Source: an uncultured bacterium (GTDB lineage Bacteria > Planctomycetota > UBA8108 > UBA1146). From it: a stretch of DNA of 64,000 nucleotides. The stretch spans positions 36,767 to 100,766 of the forward strand of contig CALJGL010000038.1 in NCBI GenBank assembly GCA_938075155.1, read 5' to 3'. Below the pieces are notes generated by a model. It worked only from the letters and a program-made list of their open reading frames with translations. It made no database searches and had not been told where the DNA came from. Numbering within the stretch: position 1 is the stretch's first letter; every line of letters begins with the position of its first letter. The translations under genes were made by a program, and so were the position numbers. Positions 28,145 to 35,965 of the stretch are shown here, piece after piece.

Positions 28145-28289
28145 CCCAATCGGTCGTTGCATCTGGGTGCTACGTGGTATGCTCAGGTACAGGCAGACTT
28201 TCAGCGGGTGGGTATTCCTTTGAATGCCCTATTTTCCAGCGCTGGAAATCTGGAAGCCAGATAATTTGAGGTGACGAAAGGGCGACACC

Positions 28290-28856
28290 ATGGGAGTTCC
28301 TGCAACGCAATTAAGAGTCGGACAGGTTATCAATTTCGAGGATGCCCTTTGGGTGTGCATCAAACTCGAACAGAAGAAACTATCCAAGGGTGGTGGTGCT
28401 GTTCAAGCCAAGTTGAAAAACCTTCAGCGTGGGGATCATATTACCCACAGATTCAGATCCGCGGATAAAGTGGAAACAGCCTTCCTTGATAAAAAGAACT
28501 GCGAATATCTTTACCCAGAGGGGGAGAGCTTCGTGTTTATGGATACAGGCGATTACGAGCAGTATCAACTTCACCAAGATTTCGTCGGCGATCTCATGCC
28601 CTTTGTGAAACACAATGAGCATGTCACCGTGACCTTCTATGAAGAAAAGCCGGTTTCTGTTGATCTTCCTCCGTCAGTGGTTTTGCAGATAAAAGAGACC
28701 GAGCCTGGATTCAAAGGCGATAGCGTGAATAACGTGTTTAAGCCGGCGACACTGGAGACTGGACTGCAGATCAAGATTCCTAATCATGTCAATGAAGGTG
28801 ATATGGTGAAAGTCTCTACCGATTCGGGAGATTTCATCGAGCGCGTCAAGGTTTAG
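28290..28856 (+). CDS. efp: Translation elongation factor P (or paralog) with non-canonical tip loop
   Basis: 188 aa; KLKNLQRG, FRSADKVE, YLYPEGESFVFMD, PGFKGDS, KPATLETG; tip loop reads LSKG, not PGKG. Confidence 0.88.
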   Translation: MGVPATQLRVGQVINFEDALWVCIKLEQKKLSKGGGAVQAKLKNLQRGDHITHRFRSADKVETAFLDKKNCEYLYPEGESFVFMDTGDYEQYQLHQDFVGDLMPFVKHNEHVTVTFYEEKPVSVDLPPSVVLQIKETEPGFKGDSVNNVFKPATLETGLQIKIPNHVNEGDMVKVSTDSGDFIERVKV

Positions 28857-28883
28857 ATATAGGTTTAGATTTTCGACTCACCC

Positions 28884-28924
28884 AAAACCCTCGTCAGGTC
28901 GTGAACGACCTGTCGAGGGTTTTT
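28884..28924. terminator. Bidirectional intrinsic terminator between efp and the convergent UDG-like gene
   Basis: AAAACCCTCG-T-CAGGTCG-(TGAA)-CGACCTG-T-CGAGGGTTTT: long stem with one T-T mismatch, A-run on the left and T-run on the right. Confidence 0.85.
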
Positions 28925-29565
28925 CTTAAGCTCCGCATCCCCTCACAGAACTTTTTCTGCCCTCCCATAGAAGGATGGCGAATGTAGCCTGCTGTGTGTC
29001 CCAGTTGTTCCAGAGTTTCCTGAGATACGCGTCCGATCGCATATGCCGCCGCTTGCGGGAACAGTTGTAGAAAAGCGGAGAGGATGGTTTTTCCAGCGTC
29101 CTGCTCTCCCCGACGAGGCTTTCTGTTCGATAAGGGCTCCCCGGATTTGTAGGGATGCCATGGCACAGCATTCCACAATACGAGCCTAGAATCGCCGGCG
29201 ATCTCACCCCAAACAATCGTTGCAGATCTTTCCTTGTAAGGTTTTTCTGCCAATGAAGAGCGTTTCATAGGTCTACCAGAGGCCCACTCGAGTCTCTCAT
29301 CACCGGTGATCAAATTTTCTCCAGTAAAAGGTATCCCAGTAAATCGGCATCCTGCCCAGCCTGCTGCTTCTCCGACCAGGATTGCCCGAGCATTTTCATG
29401 AGCTAAGAGATACTGGCGTAGGTTGCTTTTACGAATGGAAGGTGCCGATTTCATGTCGAATCGAGCATTGACGTCTTTCCATGGATTGAAGAGAGTTTTT
29501 GGAGAGTCTTTTGCGATCAATCTGAGAAAACGATCGACAGATAATTCAAATTCAGATTTCCCCAC
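28894..29565 (-). CDS. Uracil-DNA glycosylase superfamily protein (UDG-like)
   Basis: LVGEAAGWAGCRFTGIPFT, ERSATIVW, WNAVPWHP, SNRKP, IRHPSMGG. Confidence 0.85.
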   Translation of the reverse strand: MGKSEFELSVDRFLRLIAKDSPKTLFNPWKDVNARFDMKSAPSIRKSNLRQYLLAHENARAILVGEAAGWAGCRFTGIPFTGENLITGDERLEWASGRPMKRSSLAEKPYKERSATIVWGEIAGDSRLVLWNAVPWHPYKSGEPLSNRKPRRGEQDAGKTILSAFLQLFPQAAAYAIGRVSQETLEQLGHTAGYIRHPSMGGQKKFCEGMRSLRKTLDRSFTT

Positions 29566-30454
29566 GGATCTCCTGTCTCATGCAGAAAACACTGCCCCCG
29601 GATTTGAGAAACTCTCCAGTATCCACAGGAATCGTTCGGAAACCTGCGGCCTCAAGACGAGTTATTGTCACAGGAGAACCACTGGTGATAAAGACATGAA
29701 TACCATCCGGTGACCACATGTTGCCTGCTAATCGTTCTTCGGCTTCAGCGGGGTCGACTTCGATGATTCTTTCGAAGGCTCCCTGAATGAGCTTGAGTCC
29801 ATCCCTTGAAAAAGCCTCTTTGACGACGGCAACCGTATTGGGGTCTAAGATCGCGAGGGCTGTATCAAGGTGATAATAACGAGGATCCGGAAGATCCAGA
29901 AAGGCGATATCTAAGCCGAGCAGTTCTGCGATGGCGCTGTGCCCTTCGCGGCAACTTCTGGAACCGAGGCCGCACCAGAGTAGCGCCCTTTCCTGATCCC
30001 TCAGCATGTCCCCATTGCCTTCCCAAGAACTGGGGATAGGAGGGAGAGATTCGGCATCGAATCCGATGAAGGAATACTGCTCTGCATGGAGAAGGCTTTC
30101 TGGAATCCGATTGGGGTGGTCCATCTGAGCTAGGAATGCACGGGTCTTGCCTTGTGAATCGATCGTGCATAGAGAAGGGTTCGCAGTGAAGACAGCATCC
30201 ACGCGGTCTTTTTGTGGCGTGATTTTGTGGATTTGAATTCCAAGAGAGGAGATTAGTTCAATATAAGTTTCCCATTGCTGAAGTGCTTTTTCCTTATCCA
30301 CATTACCTTCTTGACCCTTCATGTGTTCGTTTCGAACATCGATGATGTCAAAGAACTGTGGCGAACAGACGAGAACACCTGAAGTGGGTGGAAGCGGTAC
30401 TGCTTTAACAGGAGGGGTGAGGAGCCACTCTTCCCGATTATGAATCATGGACAA
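29552..30454 (-). CDS. Amidinotransferase superfamily (dimethylarginine dimethylaminohydrolase / deiminase-like)
   Basis: DAVFTAN, WEGNGD, YYHLDT, EFLKSGGSVFCM (Asp/His/Cys catalytic positions). Confidence 0.88.
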   Translation of the reverse strand: MSMIHNREEWLLTPPVKAVPLPPTSGVLVCSPQFFDIIDVRNEHMKGQEGNVDKEKALQQWETYIELISSLGIQIHKITPQKDRVDAVFTANPSLCTIDSQGKTRAFLAQMDHPNRIPESLLHAEQYSFIGFDAESLPPIPSSWEGNGDMLRDQERALLWCGLGSRSCREGHSAIAELLGLDIAFLDLPDPRYYHLDTALAILDPNTVAVVKEAFSRDGLKLIQGAFERIIEVDPAEAEERLAGNMWSPDGIHVFITSGSPVTITRLEAAGFRTIPVDTGEFLKSGGSVFCMRQEIRGEI

Positions 30455-31535
30455 GGTCCACTCCCTTGCTGGTTCCTGAGATGAATGGCTGGATAGCGAT
30501 GACCGCCTTCCTGTGCAGGGCAGGAAGTCGGTCGGGTTCGCTCAAAGGAATTCTTTTGCTGTCATGGGGAACTTCGTTTTCCCAACGATAGAGCAGAGGT
30601 TGAATCTCGAGTTGACGATGAGTGATCGCATGTTTGTAGACATCTCCATGCCCCATGAGTTGCGGAACTGGAAGTCCGCGTTTCATAAACTCTTTTTTGA
30701 GAACGTCAGCTGGAGATTCGTTTTCTTTATCCCAACGGGCGAGAACAGGTCCTGAATGTCGGGGTAATAGTTCGGTGTTGCCCGGTAACAGTAACACATC
30801 TTCACCGATCAGAAGGATCGCACTGCACCAACGTTGTTTCTCTGTTGCGCGCCTTTTTCTAGGAGTTGGCCAACGTTCCGGTTCACCCGATTCAAAGGCC
30901 AGGCAATCTGTAGAAATGGGGCAGGCCGAACAGTTTGGATTTTTTGGTGTACAAACCTTACGCCCAAGATCCATGACTGCTTGGTTATGGTCTCCAGCTT
31001 GTTCGGGGTCGATCCATTCTTGAGCCCATTTTCGAATATGGACTTTGGTTTCCCCTTTTCGAGAATCCCCTGACAAGGCTCGATGTCTGCAGATGACTCT
31101 TTCAACATTTCCATCGACGACTGCAAGAGGTTCACCAAAGGCGATACTGCATACTGCAGCGGTTGTGTATTCTCCGACTCCAGGAAGATTTCTGACATCT
31201 TCGGGTTTCTTTGGAAATTGACCGTTGTGATTCTGGACGATTTGCTTTGCTGCGCGATGTAGATTTCGTCCTCGAGAGTAATATCCAAGTCCGGCCCAAT
31301 CAGAGAGGACTTCATCTTCTGTGGCATCTGCAAGGCTCTGAGGGTCAGGATATCGGACCATGAAGTTGTTCCAGTATGGGATGACGGTTCGAATTTGTGT
31401 CTGTTGGAGCATTACTTCGCTGAGCCATATGGCGTAAGGATCGGTGGATCCACGCCATGGCATCGGCTCCGGATCCTGCTGAAACCAGCTCAGAAGACGT
31501 TTTGAAATCGAATTTTGGGTGCGAGATTCGCTCAT
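30438..31535 (-). CDS. mutY: A/G-specific adenine DNA glycosylase
   Basis: MPWR...DPYAIWLSEVMLQQTQ, WAGLGYYSRGRNL, HhH LPGVGEYT, VDGNVERV, Fe-S motif CTPKNPNCSACPISTDC. Confidence 0.97.
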   Translation of the reverse strand: MSESRTQNSISKRLLSWFQQDPEPMPWRGSTDPYAIWLSEVMLQQTQIRTVIPYWNNFMVRYPDPQSLADATEDEVLSDWAGLGYYSRGRNLHRAAKQIVQNHNGQFPKKPEDVRNLPGVGEYTTAAVCSIAFGEPLAVVDGNVERVICRHRALSGDSRKGETKVHIRKWAQEWIDPEQAGDHNQAVMDLGRKVCTPKNPNCSACPISTDCLAFESGEPERWPTPRKRRATEKQRWCSAILLIGEDVLLLPGNTELLPRHSGPVLARWDKENESPADVLKKEFMKRGLPVPQLMGHGDVYKHAITHRQLEIQPLLYRWENEVPHDSKRIPLSEPDRLPALHRKAVIAIQPFISGTSKGVDLVHDS

Positions 31536-31598
31536 CGAACTCTCCAGTCCTCTCTATGGTCGGTGGCATCTGTTTCAAGAATGACTACATTTCAGGGT

Positions 31599-32687
31599 AT
31601 GAGCAATACCTTCGGCGAGTACCTAAGAATCACCACCTGGGGAGAATCCCACGGCCCGGGCATCGGGGTCGTGATCGATGGCCTTCCTGCAGGAATCCCC
31701 GTGGACGAGGCAATGTTGGTGAAGGAGCTGGAAAGAAGACGCCCAGGGGCGGTTCTGACCTCTCCCAGAAAAGAGCCTGATCAGCCCCGAATATTATCTG
31801 GAGTTCATGAAGGTCGCTCTCTGGGAACACCCCTTTCGATATGGATAGAGTCCGTCGATGCTCGATCTGAAGATTACGACGAGTTGGGGAAGATCTATCG
31901 TCCGGGGCATGCTGATTACACCACTGAAGCGAGGTACGGACATCGGGATCCCAGAGGAGGTGGACGGGCCAGTGCTCGTGAAACAGCTGCTCGTGTAGCC
32001 GCGGGTGCTGTGGCAAAAGCTCTTCTTCGAATCGAACATGGTATTGATATCGTCGGCTGGGTCTCAGAGGTGTCAGGAATCGCTAGCGAGGTTGATCCTC
32101 AGGAAGTTTCCACAGAGGCGGTCGATAAGTCGATCGTTCGTTGCCCCGATGCTTCTTCTTCTGAACTTTTCGTGAATCGAATCTCGCAAGCGAAAGATGA
32201 AGGAGAAAGTTTAGGTGGCTGGGTCGCGGCGGTAGCTCGAAATGTTCCTGCAGGTTGGGGGGATCCTGTTTTTGGGAAACTCAAAGCTCTGTTGGGCCAA
32301 GCGATGCTTTCCATTCCCGCAACAGTGGCAATAGAGATGGGTGACGGAATCGCTGCTACACGTCGTATGGGGAGTGAAAATAACGATTCATTCACAGCGA
32401 CGACTTCAGGTGAGGTGAAAACCCGTACTAATCGTAGTGGCGGTATTCAAGGCGGAATATCCAACGGTGAGCCGATTTGGTTTAGGGTTGGTTTTAAGCC
32501 GACTTCTACGATTCAAAAAACGCAAGACTCGGTCAATCAATCGAGGCAAGAGGTTCAATTCTCAGGGACTGGAAGGCACGACCCGTGCGTTCTTCCACGA
32601 GCGGTTGCAGTTGTTGAATCAATGTTGGCATTGGTTCTTGCTGATCGCATGTTAGCTCGAAATGCCACTCCTCCTTCGAAAGAGTGA
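31599..32687 (+). CDS. aroC: Chorismate synthase
   Basis: MSNTFG...TTWGESHG, YRPGHADYT, GGGRASARETAARVAAG, GGIQGGISNG, GRHDPCV. Start at ATG 31599 (ORF track starts at 31515). Confidence 0.98.
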   Translation: MSNTFGEYLRITTWGESHGPGIGVVIDGLPAGIPVDEAMLVKELERRRPGAVLTSPRKEPDQPRILSGVHEGRSLGTPLSIWIESVDARSEDYDELGKIYRPGHADYTTEARYGHRDPRGGGRASARETAARVAAGAVAKALLRIEHGIDIVGWVSEVSGIASEVDPQEVSTEAVDKSIVRCPDASSSELFVNRISQAKDEGESLGGWVAAVARNVPAGWGDPVFGKLKALLGQAMLSIPATVAIEMGDGIAATRRMGSENNDSFTATTSGEVKTRTNRSGGIQGGISNGEPIWFRVGFKPTSTIQKTQDSVNQSRQEVQFSGTGRHDPCVLPRAVAVVESMLALVLADRMLARNATPPSKE

Positions 32688-32691
32688 TGAG

Positions 32692-33246
32692 ATGTCTTGG
32701 ATAACGGAATTGAATCCTAACGAAGATGATTCAGGAATATTAGAGAGAGTCTATTCTGCAGCGAGCGGCAGGGTGGGGTCGGTAGCACAAATCCTCAAGG
32801 TCATGTCTTTGCGTCCTGATTTGTTGGAACTATTCATGCGATTCTACGTCAGTTTAATGAAGGAAGGTGCCGGCCTTTCCTGTGCTGAGAAAGAGTGGGT
32901 CGCAGTATTGACGAGCAAGGTCAATGATTGTCATTACTGAATCCACTCTCATTTGGCGGACCTAGAATCCCTTGAAGGGGGAGAGGTTCTCGCTGAAGCG
33001 ATCCGGTCGGATTGCGAAGAAGCCCTGAATCATCGCCAACGAGCGATTCAAAAATACGCCATTCGACTCGCCAGCTTGGAGAGAGAAGTTTCAAAAGAAG
33101 AAATGGACGAACTTCGTAGTGCAGAATTGTCCGAAGTGGAAATTCTCGAACTGATCCATGTCGTCGGCTTTTTCTCTCACATCAATAGAGTTGCGGAAGC
33201 TACAGGAGTGGATTTGGAGACTTGGATGCCCCCAAAGCAGGAATAG
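32692..33246 (+). CDS. AhpD/carboxymuconolactone decarboxylase-like peroxidase, predicted selenoprotein (CxxU, in-frame TGA 32938-32940)
   Basis: ORFs 32662-32940 and 32953-33246 are in the same frame with only the TGA between them; the joined 184-aa product reads ...KEWVAVLTSKVNDCHY*IHSHLADL...VGFFSHINRVAEATGV, the CxxC position of AhpD-like proteins. Confidence 0.8.
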
Positions 33247-33379
33247 CGCATTTGGGCAGAATCGCTGACATTCATGCCGTCATTATCATGTATACTCAAA
33301 CTTACATAGTTAAATGCTTCCCAGTGCAATAAGGGAGCGAGAATGGTCGTCAGATTCTTGAACTTTGAGAGATATTCTA

Positions 33380-34987
33380 ATGGCAGATCTGAAGTCAGAT
33401 GACATTGATAAACTCCTAAAAAGGATTTCATTACGGCTTCTTCTCAAGGCCGCCGTGGATTCTTTGGAGTTGGCCATTAGCCTAGGTCTGTTCAGTTTGG
33501 CCATATTGATCCTCGTTGATCAAATGTTCGGTGAAGTGACATCGAGTTTGATCAAGGTGATCTCTTTTGTCGGGTTATCTCTTCTGGTCATTATTGTGAA
33601 TGTTCTCCGAGTGAAAAGTTCTGCTATCAGTGCCGCTGTGACGGTGGAGCGAGAAACGGATATCCCACAAACGATTTCCACTGCGCTCTATGCGCGGCAA
33701 GGGGGCATGAGAGAAGAGGTTTCTCGGGCAGTATTGGAAGATGCTTCTCAGATTACCCAGGGTGTGACTCCTAAGGATGTTATTCCTCTAGGGAAACCAA
33801 AGCTTGGACTCCCGACTCTTGTTTCCGTTTCATTCTTAGTCATCTCTTTGGTTATTCCTCAGATGGATTTATTGGGGAAGGGTGAAGCTTTCGAAAATCA
33901 ACGCCAGGAAAGTGCGAGGGTCGTGCGCAAAGAAAAAGCGCTGACACGAAGGCTTGAAAAAATTTCAGACATTTCCAAGAAGCATACTGTTTCCAAAGAA
34001 GTGAAGAAGGCGATTGAGAAAGTGATCCAGGAGCGTCGTGAGAGTATTAAACGTTCCATCAGTGAGCCGGAGAAAAAGCTGAAAGCCGCTGATCTAAGAA
34101 AAGAACTGAAGATTCAACGGTCTGAGATTGCGAAACAGAGAGCGCAGGCGACCCCGGAGATGAAGGGGATCTACGATAAAATGCGTGAAGACGCTATGGA
34201 ATCTCTGGGTCAGAAATCTCCTGAAATGAAACAGTTGAAGAATGCGCTAGAGGAAGGCGATTTAGGCCAAGCCGCTACTGCACTCGACGCCCTATTGAGT
34301 AAATTTGGAGACCCTTCTATGGATATGAAGGATCTCCAGAAGCAGCTAGAAGACCTTTTGGGAAAGCAGTCCCTGAAGTCGTTGGGCAAAAATTTATCAG
34401 ACCCCGATTCTAAAATTGATCCAGAGTCACTGGAGAAACTTTCACGATGGATGAAAGACTTGGCTCTGTTGGATCAAGTTCAGAATCAGATTGAATTTAC
34501 CGAAGCGGAACTCGCAGAGCTCGCGAAAGAATGGCCAAAGAGCCCACCACCAGATATTTGTCCTGACTGTCTTGCTGGGAAATGTAATGCCAAATCAGGT
34601 GGAACATGAAGTGGCGGAAAAAGTGGACGAGGTCTCGTCCATCTCAAATCGCAGAAATCTTCAGCGGCGAGTGGGGCAGGTGAAAAAGGCTTTGGTCAGC
34701 CCACTGGTAAAGGTATGGGTGGAGGCAACCCAGGAATCGGGGGAGATTCTGGCCAGCTTGTTGATAGTAAGCTGCCGGGTGGAGGCAGTGGGGGGCAAAT
34801 CGTTTCTACGATGCTTGTTCGGGGGGAGGCTCCCTCTGGTGAAGCCAAGAAAGAATTTTCTAAAGCTGTAGAGGCGAGTGGAAGACTCTCCGAATCTGAA
34901 ATCGAACAGCAGCGCTTACCTTCGGCATTGCAAAAAGTGGCCAAGGATTACTTCGATCGCCTGCAGGGAAATCCCTCTGATAATTGA
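33380..34987 (+). CDS. Membrane-anchored coiled-coil protein of the type found in vWA/MoxR-associated clusters, with in-frame TGA (34607-34609), predicted selenoprotein
   Basis: Three N-terminal hydrophobic segments, long coiled coil, CPDCLAGKCNAKSGGT*SGGKSGRG; frame stays open through the Gly-rich linker to a C-terminal ...LPSALQKVAKDYFDRL; SECIS-like hairpin directly after the TGA. Confidence 0.7.
34610..34652 (+). promoter_or_regulatory. Putative bacterial SECIS element
   Basis: Stem UGGACGA (34624-30) / UCGUCCA (34635-41), loop GGUC (34631-34) starting 21 nt after the UGA; possible lower stem GCGG/UCGC. Confidence 0.65.
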
Positions 34988-35002
34988 GGAGTATATCGCA
35001 TC

Positions 35003-35965
35003 ATGAGGCGTGCTTCGTTCTGTCATACCGGTGGATTTCTCTTCAGCGGGTTGCTGGGATTTCTTCTTTTATCTTCATGTCAGAGCGGAACTTTCAGTTC
35101 TGCACTTCCTGTTATTCCCAATGTTGAAGTGATTGGTGAGCCGGGCAGGGGTGTCGGAAAGCTGTTCCAGCCCAGAGCTATTGTCACTCGAAACGACGGT
35201 GGTTGTATCATCATCGATCGCAGTGGGCGGGCTCAGGTTTTCGATGACGATCATCAAGTGATAAGGGTATGGACACTTCCTGAATGGTCCTCGGGCCATC
35301 CGATTGATCTCTGTATGACCGCTGAGGGAACTCTTCTAGTTGCCGATACCCATTACATGAGAGTGATTGAGTTCACTGAGGACGGTGAAGAAATTCGCCG
35401 ATTTGGTCGAGAAGCGGGACTGGAGTTGGTGCGTGGAATAGATGTGGGACCTGACGGCACTATTTATGTCGCTTCATACGGAGAGCATGATCGAATTTTT
35501 AGGTTTACTCGTGAAGGAGCGCTCATCGATTTCTGGGGACAGAGGGGTGATGGCTTCGCTGAATTCCTCAGACCGGAGGGTTTGGCTGTGGCTCCTGATG
35601 GGACACTGTGGGTGATCGATTGTGGCCACCAGAGATTGTTACGATTTACTCCGGATGGAACCTGGATACAGACGATTGAAAGTGCCGGACTCCCCAGCGG
35701 GCAATTGAGTACACCATTTGATGTAGATGTTCTGGATGACGGTACACTGTTTGTCGTCGACAGGAGTGGCTGTAGATTGAATCTATTCTCTTCCACAGGG
35801 GAATCGCTTCATAGTTTTGGAGGCATCGGGCGTCAGCCTGGAAGGCTTCATGAACCACGGGGTGTTGCGGTTACATTGTCGGGCGATCTGCTGAAGATAT
35901 ATATTGCTGATACTGGGAATCATCGGATCAGTCACAGTGTATTGGATTGGAAGGAGATGAGATGA
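35003..35965 (+). CDS. NHL-repeat beta-propeller protein, probable lipoprotein
   Basis: Lipobox-like LLSSC; repeats FQPRAIV, RPEGLAVAPDGTLWVID, TPFDVDV, EPRGVAV...IYIADTGNHRI. Confidence 0.85.
   Translation: MRRASFCHTGGFLFSGLLGFLLLSSCQSGTFSSALPVIPNVEVIGEPGRGVGKLFQPRAIVTRNDGGCIIIDRSGRAQVFDDDHQVIRVWTLPEWSSGHPIDLCMTAEGTLLVADTHYMRVIEFTEDGEEIRRFGREAGLELVRGIDVGPDGTIYVASYGEHDRIFRFTREGALIDFWGQRGDGFAEFLRPEGLAVAPDGTLWVIDCGHQRLLRFTPDGTWIQTIESAGLPSGQLSTPFDVDVLDDGTLFVVDRSGCRLNLFSSTGESLHSFGGIGRQPGRLHEPRGVAVTLSGDLLKIYIADTGNHRISHSVLDWKEMR

Noticed and set aside
32953-33246. Stand-alone 97-aa gene
   Set aside because: TTG start with no RBS, 12 nt after an in-frame TGA; it is the second half of an AhpD/CMD fold.
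32938-34609. Alternative genetic code (TGA = Trp or Gly) as the explanation for the two internal TGAs
   Set aside because: Many complete genes here end at TGA at their expected C-termini (secA, ald, moaC, folD, pyrG, metG), and Trp is encoded by TGG throughout.
34715-34987. Stand-alone 90-aa gene
   Set aside because: It is in frame with the upstream ORF, starts mid Gly-rich linker and looks like the C-terminal part of that protein; treated as the post-TGA portion.
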